DNA of 64,000 bases, from the IMG/VR virus record IMGVR_UViG_3300002835_000024. The stretch is one strand, 5' to 3'. The notes under the pieces were generated by a model. It ran no database searches. It was given only the letters and a program-made list of their open reading frames with translations, and was not told the DNA's origin. The stretch is from a virus. Shown here piece by piece: positions 36,054 to 45,831 of the stretch; positions within the stretch are counted from its first letter, which is position 1, and the number at the start of each line of letters is the position of its first letter. The translations under genes were made by a program, and so were the position numbers.

Positions 36054-36311
36054 ATGAAAACGTTTAAACAATTCGTGGAAGAATTAGCCGAATCAGTTCC
36101 TGCTAATTCTTCAGGAGCAACTAATTCTCAAACAGGAGATTTAAATGTTAATAGAGTGGATCCTCCTCTTGGCAGATTATCAATGATGAGCCGTCATATT
36201 ATGCAATTGATTAAATCGTTTAAAATGGCAAAAAGGCCAGATACTTATGGTCACCCCGAAGCATCAAAAAAAGGCGGAGACTCATCAGTAAACGTTCCTG
36301 GTCTTCCATAA
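36054..36311 (+). CDS. Small probable internal head protein
   Basis: MKTFKQFVEE resembles the T4 capsid-targeting sequence. Confidence 0.6.
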   Translation: MKTFKQFVEELAESVPANSSGATNSQTGDLNVNRVDPPLGRLSMMSRHIMQLIKSFKMAKRPDTYGHPEASKKGGDSSVNVPGLP

Positions 36312-36782
36312 ATGAAAAATATCTGGACATATGTCATAGTTTTTGTTTTTCTGGCTGGCTTGGGAACAGCTTTCTATTTCTATTACCAAGATTCACAGAA
36401 AAAGATGTTTAAAATGGCCAGTGACATTAGCACTCTACAAATATCAAACGAAATGCAATCTAAAACAATTGACGTTTTGGTGGCCGACTCTAAACTAATG
36501 AAAACTATCTCTGAAAAAATACAAGAGGCACAAAAAACCTCACAGAAAGCTGTCAGTGATCTGGCTAATACATTCAGAAAAATGACTCTGGATGGACAAA
36601 GAGATATCGGAAATCTTGCCCAGGCTAGACCCGATTCAATTGAAAGAATAGTTAATAACGGAACCAAGAAAGTGTTCCGTTGTATGGAAATATCAACAGG
36701 AAACCCTCTAACCGAAGAAGAAAGAAAAGAGTATGACGAGACTGGCAAGTTGCGCGACTGCCCTGGCACTGTTCTTCCTTAG
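36312..36782 (+). CDS. i-spanin (Rz-like)
   Basis: N-terminal TM, coiled coil, C-terminal Cys, overlaps lipoprotein gene. Confidence 0.75.
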   Translation: MKNIWTYVIVFVFLAGLGTAFYFYYQDSQKKMFKMASDISTLQISNEMQSKTIDVLVADSKLMKTISEKIQEAQKTSQKAVSDLANTFRKMTLDGQRDIGNLAQARPDSIERIVNNGTKKVFRCMEISTGNPLTEEERKEYDETGKLRDCPGTVLP

Positions 36783-37095
36783 CGGTTGCCAGACTCCAAA
36801 GACAGATATTGAAGTAATACCAGTAGATAAACCCGATTTGGTATTACCGCAGCCAGATTATGTCTCAATGAGAGACATTAAATGGTATATCGTCACTGAA
36901 CAAAATTTCACTGAGGTTATGGAAAAACTAAAATCCCAAAACATAAATCCTGTTTTGTTCGCTTTAACCGATGATGGTTACGAAGCTCTCAGCTTAAACT
37001 TTGCTGACATTAAAAAATATATAGATGATAAAAATAGCGTTTATCTAGGGTTTAAAGAATACTATGAGGGAGGGAAAGATGGAAAAGGAGAATAA
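36733..37095 (+). CDS. o-spanin (Rz1-like lipoprotein)
   Basis: Lipobox LSGC, Pro-rich segment, YEALSLN. Confidence 0.75.
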   Translation: MTRLASCATALALFFLSGCQTPKTDIEVIPVDKPDLVLPQPDYVSMRDIKWYIVTEQNFTEVMEKLKSQNINPVLFALTDDGYEALSLNFADIKKYIDDKNSVYLGFKEYYEGGKDGKGE

Positions 37096-37288
37096 ACCAG
37101 ATTCCGTAAGAAGCACCCTCGTAACTCTGATTGGTAATCTTCTTGCAAAATACAAAACTAGCAAAAAAGATAACACAAAAGAAATTCTCATGCTTGTGGC
37201 GGCGTTAAGTATTATTAATGCAGGAACTGAAGACGATAATAAACAATCACTAGCAGTTGCTAGAAGACTCATCAGCGGAGCAAAATGA
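37079..37288 (+). CDS. Hypothetical protein
   Basis: In lysis-region operon. Confidence 0.5.
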   Translation: MEKENKPDSVRSTLVTLIGNLLAKYKTSKKDNTKEILMLVAALSIINAGTEDDNKQSLAVARRLISGAK

Positions 37289-37638
37289 TGTTTTATAACG
37301 TAAGCTTTGAGATGTGCCTTTGGTTTTTATCTATGTTGGCTGTTTCTTGGTCGTCCTGGTCGTTTTCTAAGAAACTATCTTCTTATGATCCGCAACGAGC
37401 GGCCATCCCCAAAGTAAATTCTATTGTTGGGTCTAGACTTTTTTGCATCATATCATTAAATTATCTTGTTGTCGCTCTAGGAAGCGTTGTTATGTATCTT
37501 ACGTCCGCTCCACAAGTAACGCAACAGATCTTTCAGACGCTGGAAACTTGGTGGTTGATAGAAATATTTTTATTTTTCAATATTATTACATTTTATTCGA
37601 TCTGGGCGGCTAAGAGCAAAATTCTTGTAAATATATAA
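37285..37638 (+). CDS. Three-TM membrane protein (holin candidate)
   Basis: Three hydrophobic segments; next to spanins. Confidence 0.5.
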   Translation: MMFYNVSFEMCLWFLSMLAVSWSSWSFSKKLSSYDPQRAAIPKVNSIVGSRLFCIISLNYLVVALGSVVMYLTSAPQVTQQIFQTLETWWLIEIFLFFNIITFYSIWAAKSKILVNI

Positions 37639-37669
37639 TAAAAGTAAGTAGCCTCTTAGGAAAACAGAA

Positions 37670-38302
37670 ATGACGCTGGATCAGATCATTACGCAAGTGC
37701 TTTCTATTGCTACTCCGATATCTGCCGCCCTCGTTTATATTATTAACGAAAGGCAAAAAGCCAAAAGACAGAAAAAACAAGACGAGATAGACGAGGCTGA
37801 GAGGGAGAGGTCTTATTCAGAAAGAGTCTCCAATCGTCTGAAAACAGCCGAAGAAACTATCGAAAGATTGACCAGAGAACTGACTGAGGAGAGACTCGGC
37901 CAAAACAAACATGTCATACCCTCAGATATCTTAAGAGATTTTATTGATTCAGATCCTGGCATTTCTTGGGTTAAAAGAAGAATGGCAGAAAACGAATATG
38001 TTATGATAAGATGCTCAAAGGGACACGCCAAAGAAATATTGCAGGGCCCAGCCAGTTTGTATGATGGGAAAACCGATGAAGAAATTTGGGATAAAGAAAC
38101 AGCAGCTGTTTTTACTCAGAACGACGAGAAGGTTTACAAACAACAAGAAGGTATTCATTTAACGGAAAAAACACCAAAAGGCATTTTTGTGGGAAGAAAG
38201 TTTCCAATTAGATTACCTGATGGAGTTGATTATATTGTTGGCATCGGTATTTTTGAGAAAACTTCCGAAAATAGCTTGTCTAAACTGATAGAAGAAGTAT
38301 AA
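37670..38302 (+). CDS. TM + coiled coil + PAS-like domain protein
   Basis: PGISWVK...GKTDEEIWDKETAAVFTQNDEKV...KFPI...IVGIG resembles PAS_4. Confidence 0.6.
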   Translation: MTLDQIITQVLSIATPISAALVYIINERQKAKRQKKQDEIDEAERERSYSERVSNRLKTAEETIERLTRELTEERLGQNKHVIPSDILRDFIDSDPGISWVKRRMAENEYVMIRCSKGHAKEILQGPASLYDGKTDEEIWDKETAAVFTQNDEKVYKQQEGIHLTEKTPKGIFVGRKFPIRLPDGVDYIVGIGIFEKTSENSLSKLIEEV

Positions 38303-38347
38303 TCAGTAATGCACTGATTAATATTCAACCTCTATGAGTGGTGACCT

Positions 38348-39430
38348 ATGGAATGGCTTGAGCGAAAATACATCTTTCTAATATCTTCTAAACTTCCCCG
38401 ATTTAAATCAAAATCAAAATCTATCTTTAATTTTCGTTGTGTCTTGTGTGAGGATTCTCAGAAGAAATCTACCAAGGCTCGTGGATATCTTTACCCCAAA
38501 AAAGGTTCATATCGGTATCATTGTCATAATTGCATGACATCGATGTATTTTTCTAACTTTCTTAAAAAGTTCGATAACACCACATATTATCAGTTTATCA
38601 AAGAGAAATTGCAAAACAGCAATAAGGTCGAAAAGACAGACGTTGAGTTATTCGCTGATAAAATGAAGAAGCCTAAATTCGTCAAGGCTACCATTCTTAA
38701 TCAGATTCCAAAGATATCTTCTCTGCCCCACGATCATCCCGCAAAACAATATATCGAGAATAGAAAGATACCGCCGAATCAGCATTATCGAATTTATTAC
38801 GCCGAGAAGTTTAAAGAGCTCGTCAATAAATTTGTTCCTGGTAAACTTACCGATGATTGCCCTGAGGAACCGAGGATAATTATACCTTTTATAGATAAGA
38901 ATAAGATCCTTGTTGGCTTTCAGGGAAGATCCCTCGATCCGAAAAGCAAGCTTCGTTATATTACCATTATGCTTTTTGATGAAGCTCCAAAAATTTGGGG
39001 TATGGAAACTGTTGATACCTCATCGACTGTCTATCTGACAGAGGGGCCATTCGATGCAATGTTTTTGCCAAACGCTATCGCTGCAGCAGGAGGCAATCTA
39101 ACTTCAATAATTAACTTGACTGGAATCGACAAAAGTAGTATGGTAGTCATATATGATAACGAACCCAGAAATAAACAGATAGTCAAACAGATTAAATCTG
39201 CTATTGATAAAGGTTTCAGTGTTGTTATCTGGCCACCATCAATACAACAAAAAGATATAAACGAGATGTTTCTTTCTGGACTCTCTCAGGAACAAATACT
39301 TAAAACCATTAAAGCCAATACCTTTCAGGGACTCAATGCCCTTTTGGTCTTAAATCAAAGAAAAATGTGTGACATAGAAGAAAGAAAAACAAAAAATGAC
39401 TTCAGAAGCAATTTTCAACAGGCACGATGA
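38348..39430 (+). CDS. 61: DNA primase (T4 gp61-like)
   Basis: NFRCVLCEDS..KARGY, CHNC, FQGR, TEGPFDAMF, DNEPRN, KDINEM. Confidence 0.96.
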   Translation: MEWLERKYIFLISSKLPRFKSKSKSIFNFRCVLCEDSQKKSTKARGYLYPKKGSYRYHCHNCMTSMYFSNFLKKFDNTTYYQFIKEKLQNSNKVEKTDVELFADKMKKPKFVKATILNQIPKISSLPHDHPAKQYIENRKIPPNQHYRIYYAEKFKELVNKFVPGKLTDDCPEEPRIIIPFIDKNKILVGFQGRSLDPKSKLRYITIMLFDEAPKIWGMETVDTSSTVYLTEGPFDAMFLPNAIAAAGGNLTSIINLTGIDKSSMVVIYDNEPRNKQIVKQIKSAIDKGFSVVIWPPSIQQKDINEMFLSGLSQEQILKTIKANTFQGLNALLVLNQRKMCDIEERKTKNDFRSNFQQAR

Positions 39431-40361
39431 GGTTTATCATAATCTCTTAAAAGACGTGCTATCCAGAGGACAACTCCGCAAGAATCGCACGGGCGTTGAT
39501 ACTCTTAGTGTGTTTGGTGGGCAAATAGAGTTTGATATTAAACAAACCTTTCCTGCTCTTACAACTAAAAGGATGGCATGGAGAGCAATAGTTTCTGAGC
39601 TTCTTTGGTTTCTAACAGGAGAAGCCGATGAAAGATTTCTTGCTTATATGGTCCATAAAAACGGCAAGAATCCGTTTGAATATTATAAAGCCGATTATGA
39701 CTCGGTTGAAGAGGAAGAAGATCGATTTGTTAAAAGCTTTGAAACCCACAAAACCATATGGACTGAAAACGTCCAGTCTAATTATTGGGTAAACAGAAAT
39801 AAACAGCTGTTTGTTGGAGACGCTGGTAGAATTTATGGAGTTCAGTGGCGAAATTGGAAAACGCCTGACGGCAGAGCAGTCGATCAGGTAAGCAATCTGA
39901 TTGATGGTCTTATTAAAGACCCAATGGGTCGAAGGCATATTGTCACTGCTTGGAATCCAGGAGAGTTAGATGATATGTGTCTGCCTCCCTGTCATATCTT
40001 CGCCCAGTTTAATGTTACAAATGATGGTTATCTCGAATGCCACATGTATCAGCGATCCGTTGATACTTTTCTAGGCTTGCCTTTTAATATCGCCAGTTAT
40101 TCTCTTCTAACATACATTATCGCCCAGTTGAGTAATCTGAAACCAGGCCGACTGATTATGTCTTTTGGAGATATCCATATCTATAAAAATCATACGGATC
40201 AGGTAATGTTGCAGTTGCAAAGAGAATCTCGTCAGGAACCGACACTTTCTATACCTGACCTGAGACAACTTCCCCTATCTTTTTTCCACGAACTGATAGA
40301 CGAATTTAAACTAAACAACTACAATCCACATCCAGCAATCAAAGCCCCAATGGCAGTATAG
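39396..40361 (+). CDS. td: Thymidylate synthase ThyA
   Basis: RTGVDT, ELLWFL, IYGVQWR, LPPCH, YQRSVDTFLGLPFNIASY. Confidence 0.97.
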   Translation: MTSEAIFNRHDEVYHNLLKDVLSRGQLRKNRTGVDTLSVFGGQIEFDIKQTFPALTTKRMAWRAIVSELLWFLTGEADERFLAYMVHKNGKNPFEYYKADYDSVEEEEDRFVKSFETHKTIWTENVQSNYWVNRNKQLFVGDAGRIYGVQWRNWKTPDGRAVDQVSNLIDGLIKDPMGRRHIVTAWNPGELDDMCLPPCHIFAQFNVTNDGYLECHMYQRSVDTFLGLPFNIASYSLLTYIIAQLSNLKPGRLIMSFGDIHIYKNHTDQVMLQLQRESRQEPTLSIPDLRQLPLSFFHELIDEFKLNNYNPHPAIKAPMAV

Positions 40362-40579
40362 GAGAAAATTATGTATAACTTTAATTTTGACTACGAACCT
40401 TCGATGGAAGACGATTATCGTTTCTATAAAGCGGGTGATTCTTCTCCCTCAGACAGAACAGTTTCGTTCCTGTATTTCTGTTGTTGCGTTCCCGTAAATT
40501 AAGTATTTTTAATGACCGTTAATTCAACGTTTACAAAACTAAATATGAATTCCCAGCAATCTCAACAAAGGTGTGTGTT

Positions 40580-42439
40580 ATGAAAGATTATCAAAAAATT
40601 ATTGCAGTTTCTAAGTATGCGAGATGGTTGGAAAAGGAAAATCGCAGGGAAGTTTGGGAAGAAACTGTTCAACGATATTGCGATAATGTCCTCAGCAAAT
40701 GCGTCGATTCCAAGACAGTTGAGCGGATTCGTTTGGCTATTCTCAATCTAGAAGTTATGCCTTCAATGAGAGCTCTTATGACTGCAGGACCTGCTCTTGA
40801 TAGGTGCAACGTGGCAGGCTATAACTGTTCTTATCTTCCAATTGACAGTCTGAGATCTTTCGACGAGATGTTCTACGTTACCCTTTGCGGAACAGGCGTA
40901 GGATTTTCGGTTGAGCGGAGAAACGTAGACAAGCTTCCAAGCATTTCAGAACATTTCGAGAAGTCAAATACCAAGATCGTTGTGGGCGACTCAAAGGCTG
41001 GGTGGGCTCGAGCCCTAAAAGAACTTCTTGCTCTTCTTTGGTCCGGACAGGTTCCAGAGATTGATTATTCTTTGGTCCGACCCGCAGGAGCTCCTCTTAA
41101 AACATTCGGTGGAAGAGCTTCAGGCCCTGGTCCTCTAAAAGAGACCTTTGATTATATCATCAAAACAGTAAGAGAAGCTTCTGGAAGAAAACTAAGGCCG
41201 ATTGAGTGCCACGATATCGTTTGTAAGATTGCAGACTGTGTGGTTGTCGGAGGAGTTCGCAGGGCTGCTCTGATCTCACTATCTGACCTTTCTGATAAAG
41301 AAATGGCTTTGGCTAAATCAGGGAACTGGTGGCAGACACACCCCCACAGGTCTCTGGCCAACAACTCAGCTATTTACGATGAAAAGCCCACTCTTTCTCA
41401 GTTTATTGATGAGTGGAAAGCTATCTATGACTCCAAGTCTGGCGAGCGTGGCATCATCAATCGTCATGCTCTGAAAAAGCAAGCTGAGCGAACAGGCAGG
41501 AGAAATAGCGATGTTGCTTTCGGTGTGAACCCATGCGCCGAAATTATTCTCCGTCCATATCAGTTTTGTAATCTTTCAGAGGTCGTAGTTCGTGACACTG
41601 ATACAATCGAAACCTTGAAAACTAAAGTTGAGTTAGCCACAATCATTGGCACGGTCCAATCAACTCTTACTAATTTCAAATATCTCCGCAAAGTCTGGAA
41701 AGACAATTGCGAAGAAGAAAGGCTTCTCGGAGTTTCTCTGACGGGAGTGTTTGATAATATTCTTTCCTTTGAATGGATGCCAGAACTAAAGCAGGTCGCG
41801 ATCGAAACCAATGAGATCTGGGCCAAGAAACTCGGCATCAATCAGTCCGTTTCTATTACTTGTCAGAAACCATCAGGAACAGTTTCAGAATTAGTTGACT
41901 CTGCTCCCGGAGTGCATACTCGTTTCTATAGACACTACATCCGAACAATTCGTTCGAACAATGTGGAAGCTATCACCAAGTTCCTGATTGATCAGGGCGT
42001 TCCTCATGAACCAGATATCATGAAGCCAAATGACCGCATGGTGTTCTCTTTCCCACAGAAAGCTCCCAAAAATGCACTTGTTTCTTCTGATATTGGTGCT
42101 ATCGAACACCTTAATTACTGGATGATTTCTTTCCAGAAGTGGTGCGAACACAACCCATCAGTCACAATTAAGGTTGGTGAAGACGAGTGGCTGGCAGTAG
42201 CAAATTTTGTTTATAACAACTTTGATGATATTGCTGGTATTTCGTTCCTGCCCAAAGACGACAGCGTTTATCAGCAAGCTCCATTCCAGGAAATTGACGA
42301 GGAAACCTATAACAAGTGGGTGGACAATTTCCCCAAAATTGACTGGGATTTATTCCCAAGCTATGAACGAGGGGATCAGACGAAATCAGCAAATGAATTC
42401 GCTTGCGTTTCTGGAGACTGCACGGTGACTGAGATTTAG
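40580..42439 (+). CDS. nrdJ: Class II (adenosylcobalamin-dependent) ribonucleotide reductase
   Basis: MPSMR, YNCS, GTGVGFS, VVVGGVRR, NPCAEI, KPSGT, C-terminal CVSGDC. Confidence 0.93.
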   Translation: MKDYQKIIAVSKYARWLEKENRREVWEETVQRYCDNVLSKCVDSKTVERIRLAILNLEVMPSMRALMTAGPALDRCNVAGYNCSYLPIDSLRSFDEMFYVTLCGTGVGFSVERRNVDKLPSISEHFEKSNTKIVVGDSKAGWARALKELLALLWSGQVPEIDYSLVRPAGAPLKTFGGRASGPGPLKETFDYIIKTVREASGRKLRPIECHDIVCKIADCVVVGGVRRAALISLSDLSDKEMALAKSGNWWQTHPHRSLANNSAIYDEKPTLSQFIDEWKAIYDSKSGERGIINRHALKKQAERTGRRNSDVAFGVNPCAEIILRPYQFCNLSEVVVRDTDTIETLKTKVELATIIGTVQSTLTNFKYLRKVWKDNCEEERLLGVSLTGVFDNILSFEWMPELKQVAIETNEIWAKKLGINQSVSITCQKPSGTVSELVDSAPGVHTRFYRHYIRTIRSNNVEAITKFLIDQGVPHEPDIMKPNDRMVFSFPQKAPKNALVSSDIGAIEHLNYWMISFQKWCEHNPSVTIKVGEDEWLAVANFVYNNFDDIAGISFLPKDDSVYQQAPFQEIDEETYNKWVDNFPKIDWDLFPSYERGDQTKSANEFACVSGDCTVTEI

Positions 42440-42483
42440 TTTTTATAAATAAGAAAGATTCGTATCTTAACAAAGGGTCCAAA

Positions 42484-43404
42484 ATGTCACAGATACTCGA
42501 AGAGCTAAAGCAGTTAGGATTTTCCGCAAAACAGCGTGTCGATCAACTTGAAGCTTTGATAAAAGCTAAACAAAAAGAAATTAAAGATAGAGAAGAGCGC
42601 GCTTTATCTCAGTCTGAACGAGATCAGAATGAGATTGAAAGAACTATGCAAGAGATTCAGGTTCTAAAAGCTCGGGACGTTGAGCTACAAAAACTCAATG
42701 ATTTCATGTCTGGAAAACTCGATAACTCTCCTGTAATAGTAGAAGTTCCTGGACCTGAGCGTATTGTTGAGGTTGTCAAAGAAGTTCGAGTTGAAGTTCC
42801 TGTTGAAGTCATCAAGGAAGTTCCTGGACCCGAACGTGTTATTGAAATAGAAATTCCTGGACCCACAGAAATTGTTGAAATCGTCAAAGAAGTTCCTGTG
42901 GAAATCTTCAAAGATGTCATCAAAGAAGTAGAAGTTATCAAAGAAGTTCCTGGGCCAGAAAGAATTGTTGAGGTCGTCAAGGAAATTCCTGTTGAAGTCA
43001 TTAAGGAAGTGGAAATCGTCAAGGAAGTTCCTGTTGAAGTCATCAAAGAAGTAGAAGTTATCAAAGAAGTTGAGGTTATTAAAGAAGTTCGAGTTGAGGT
43101 TCCTGTTGAAGTCATCAAAGAAGTCGAGGTCATCAAGGAAGTTCCTGTTGAGGTCGTTAAAGAGGTAGAAGTTATCAAAGAAGTTCCTGGGCCAGAAAGA
43201 ATTGTTGAAGTCATCAAAGAAGTTGAAGTCGTCAAAGAAGTTCCAGTAGAAACCATAAAAGAAGTTCCAGTAGAAAACTCTGATCAATTAAAAGAACTGC
43301 AAGATCAACTAAATTCTCTTCAGTTAGCTTTAGCGAACGTGTTACCGCCAACACCTCCCGAGCCAACTGAACCAACTGAGACTGGGGCAAACACCTCTAC
43401 ATAA
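42484..43404 (+). CDS. Late protein with VIKEVPVE/VPGPER repeats
   Basis: About 190-aa low-complexity V/E/K/P repeat between coiled coils; TATAAATA upstream. Confidence 0.8.
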   Translation: MSQILEELKQLGFSAKQRVDQLEALIKAKQKEIKDREERALSQSERDQNEIERTMQEIQVLKARDVELQKLNDFMSGKLDNSPVIVEVPGPERIVEVVKEVRVEVPVEVIKEVPGPERVIEIEIPGPTEIVEIVKEVPVEIFKDVIKEVEVIKEVPGPERIVEVVKEIPVEVIKEVEIVKEVPVEVIKEVEVIKEVEVIKEVRVEVPVEVIKEVEVIKEVPVEVVKEVEVIKEVPGPERIVEVIKEVEVVKEVPVETIKEVPVENSDQLKELQDQLNSLQLALANVLPPTPPEPTEPTETGANTST

Positions 43405-43425
43405 ACTGCTGTAGATCGCAAATAT

Positions 43426-43457
43426 AAAAATCCCTGGGACCGCCTGGGGATTTTTTA
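43426..43457 (+). terminator. Intrinsic terminator
   Basis: AAAAATCCCTGG...CTGGGGATTTTTT. Confidence 0.7.
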
Positions 43458-43484
43458 TAAATATAACAAAATATAATCTAGGAG

Positions 43485-43922
43485 ATGCGATTGAAAACGT
43501 TCAGACAGTTTATTTTTGGGGGGAATAAACCCAAAGTTGATTGGCACGGTTCTTTTAAACAATTGGGAGAAATCGCAGCTTCAAATATCGCTAATGAATT
43601 GAGAACAAAAACATCAAAAAATTTAAACGTTAAAGTGGACATAAATCATTTCGAAGGTGACAAAAATAATCCTGAACAATTTCACGTAAACACGACAGGA
43701 GTTTCCAGAAATTTAAGGTTATCTCCTCCGCAGGAGATATTATCTCCGGAGATATTATCTCCTCCTGCGTTTATTAATTGGGCCATGAAACACATAAAAC
43801 AGCAAAATAATAGAGTAAAGGGATTAGGCCCACCTCCTAAACCAACATCAAGCGACACATTAAGATCTATAACTTTTCACGGAAATGGTGTTATTACCAT
43901 ACATAATCACGGCACAAAATAA
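43485..43922 (+). CDS. Late hypothetical protein
   Basis: MRLKTFRQFI N-terminus; TATAAATA and AGGAG upstream. Confidence 0.65.
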   Translation: MRLKTFRQFIFGGNKPKVDWHGSFKQLGEIAASNIANELRTKTSKNLNVKVDINHFEGDKNNPEQFHVNTTGVSRNLRLSPPQEILSPEILSPPAFINWAMKHIKQQNNRVKGLGPPPKPTSSDTLRSITFHGNGVITIHNHGTK

Positions 43923-44330
43923 TTGTCTTGGCATTATGATGGAAAAATATTAGAAGAACCTCCTGAAGACGCTTTTGGGTTTGTCTATCTTATAGAATGT
44001 TCTAAAAACGGCAAAAAATATTATGGTAAAAAACTTCTTACTAAAGCTGGATACAAACAAGTTAAGGGTAAAAGAAAAAAGATAAGAAAACAGTCTGACT
44101 GGAAAACTTATTTCGGATCATCCAAAGAATTATTAGAGGACGTAAAGCTTTTTGGCGAAGATTGTTTTAAACGAACAATTCTTCGTTTTTGTAAAAGTCG
44201 AGGAGAATGTAACTACTTTGAGTCGAAATATATTTTAGAATCTGACGCTATTATTTCTGATAAATTTTATAATGATTGGTTGTCTGTCAAGGTGTCGTCG
44301 AGCCACCTAAAAAATATCAAAATTGCTTGA
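43923..44330 (+). CDS. GIY-YIG-fold protein conserved in T4-like phages
   Basis: GFVYLI...KKYYGKK...SDWKTYFGSS...FYN. Confidence 0.8.
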   Translation: MSWHYDGKILEEPPEDAFGFVYLIECSKNGKKYYGKKLLTKAGYKQVKGKRKKIRKQSDWKTYFGSSKELLEDVKLFGEDCFKRTILRFCKSRGECNYFESKYILESDAIISDKFYNDWLSVKVSSSHLKNIKIA

Positions 44331-44371
44331 CAAAACTTAAAAAACAGGTAAGATAAAAACAGGAGAATGAA

Positions 44372-44692
44372 ATGAAAATGACGCCATCAATGAGACAATT
44401 AATCAAAGAAGCAAAGGCAAAACCGACATCGCGAAAGTTGCGCACTGGTGGAATACCTGATTGGGTTGGACCAGAAACAAGACTTCCACATCCAGAGCAC
44501 GATCTTGAAACTAATCTTATGATAAAGCACAAAGGGGGCGAAACATTCTTCTCATCGAAAAATCAGGAAAAATGTGTTCACGTTTCTCCCGCTGGAAATC
44601 ATTTTGTTTATGCTATACATCGTGGCGAGGGTGGTGTCCCCACTCACGTCAAATTGACTGACGTAGCAACGGACCCCAGTTACACCCATTAA
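44372..44692 (+). CDS. Hypothetical protein
   Basis: AGGAG RBS; TTGACA upstream. Confidence 0.6.
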   Translation: MKMTPSMRQLIKEAKAKPTSRKLRTGGIPDWVGPETRLPHPEHDLETNLMIKHKGGETFFSSKNQEKCVHVSPAGNHFVYAIHRGEGGVPTHVKLTDVATDPSYTH

Positions 44693-44727
44693 TTTTTTTC
44701 AACATCTTTATAGGGAATTTACTTGAA

Positions 44728-45117
44728 TTGCAAAAGGTACTCGAACACAAGCATCTGATAATCAGAGCAGAAGTAAACAATCCACCAAAAGACACCGATC
44801 TTATTAATGAGTGGATGAAAAAATTGGTAGATAAAATTGGAATGAAAATTCTTATGGGACCATATAGCGTCTACTCCAATATGGTCGGAAATCAGGGATT
44901 GACCGCAGTTACAATCATTGAGACGAGCCACATTGCCATGCATGTGTGGGATGCAGTAAGTCCTGGATTGATGGAGTTTGATGTGTATACATGCTCAACT
45001 CTTACTCCACAAGACATCATTGATGAGATGCAACAATTTTCCCCAGTCAAAATCGAGTATTTTTTCATCGATCGTGAACATTCGCTAACTTTACTTGAAG
45101 AGAAAAAAGCTGCTTAA
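44728..45117 (+). CDS. speD: S-adenosylmethionine decarboxylase proenzyme
   Basis: HKHLII, IETSHIAMHVW, FDVYTC. Confidence 0.85.
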   Translation: MQKVLEHKHLIIRAEVNNPPKDTDLINEWMKKLVDKIGMKILMGPYSVYSNMVGNQGLTAVTIIETSHIAMHVWDAVSPGLMEFDVYTCSTLTPQDIIDEMQQFSPVKIEYFFIDREHSLTLLEEKKAA

Positions 45118-45131
45118 CGGAACCACATATT

Positions 45132-45386
45132 ATGCAAGAAACGTTTACTGTATACTCTAAAGACAATTGTTCTTTTTGTCAGCAAGCAAAGAGCTTTTTG
45201 CTGATGCGCTCAAAGAAATTTGAAGTTAAGAATCTTGGATCTGATTATACTCTGGAAGAATTTAGAACAAAGTTTCCAGAACAAAAAACATTTCCTATGA
45301 TTGTTCATCAAAAATATAGTGAAGATGGCGATCAGTTTAATATTGAAGTTGGTGGATTTGATAGATTGAAGGAGTATCTAAAATGA
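45132..45386 (+). CDS. Glutaredoxin
   Basis: CSFC, TFP, VGGFDRL. Confidence 0.9.
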   Translation: MQETFTVYSKDNCSFCQQAKSFLLMRSKKFEVKNLGSDYTLEEFRTKFPEQKTFPMIVHQKYSEDGDQFNIEVGGFDRLKEYLK

Positions 45387-45619
45387 TGTATGTTAATGAT
45401 CTAAAGAATAATAAGTGCACAGTGGTTTTCACCAAAGTGAATGGAGATGTTCGGCGAATGCTGTGCACTCTTAAAGAAGATCTTCTTCCGGAAAAACAAA
45501 CAGAATCGGAACGAAAGACCAACGAGAATATCGTTTCTGTCTGGGACATCGAAAACTCTGGTTGGAGGTCTTTTCGAAAGGACTCTGTTATTGATTTTAT
45601 TGTGCATGAAACGACATGA
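45383..45619 (+). CDS. SH3/WYL-like conserved phage protein
   Basis: VVFTKVNGDVRRMLCTL...WDIE..GWRSFR. Confidence 0.75.
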   Translation: MMYVNDLKNNKCTVVFTKVNGDVRRMLCTLKEDLLPEKQTESERKTNENIVSVWDIENSGWRSFRKDSVIDFIVHETT

Positions 45620-45831
45620 TATTTCCGACTATTTTATTTACAGAGATATGGGCTGACGAAGAAGCAGTCAATATTTTATTGAAAAATAATTTTGCTCGTT
45701 TGGATCAAATAAGTTATAAACCGATATTGACGTCATATGGCGTAGACCTTTTCATTAATTACGGTCATCTGCCGCGTCAGCAATTCAAAGACTTTATTAA
45801 ATCTATGGACAATAAAAATGCAAATAAATGA
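45616..45831 (+). CDS. Hypothetical protein
   Basis: ATGA coupling. Confidence 0.5.
   Translation: MIFPTILFTEIWADEEAVNILLKNNFARLDQISYKPILTSYGVDLFINYGHLPRQQFKDFIKSMDNKNANK

Noticed and set aside
8612-42439. Inteins or introns in gp43, gp41, td or nrdJ
   Set aside because: All are uninterrupted, of ordinary length, and lack intein terminal motifs.
42657-43287. Long minus-strand repetitive ORFs
   Set aside because: Antisense shadows of the VIKEV-repeat gene.
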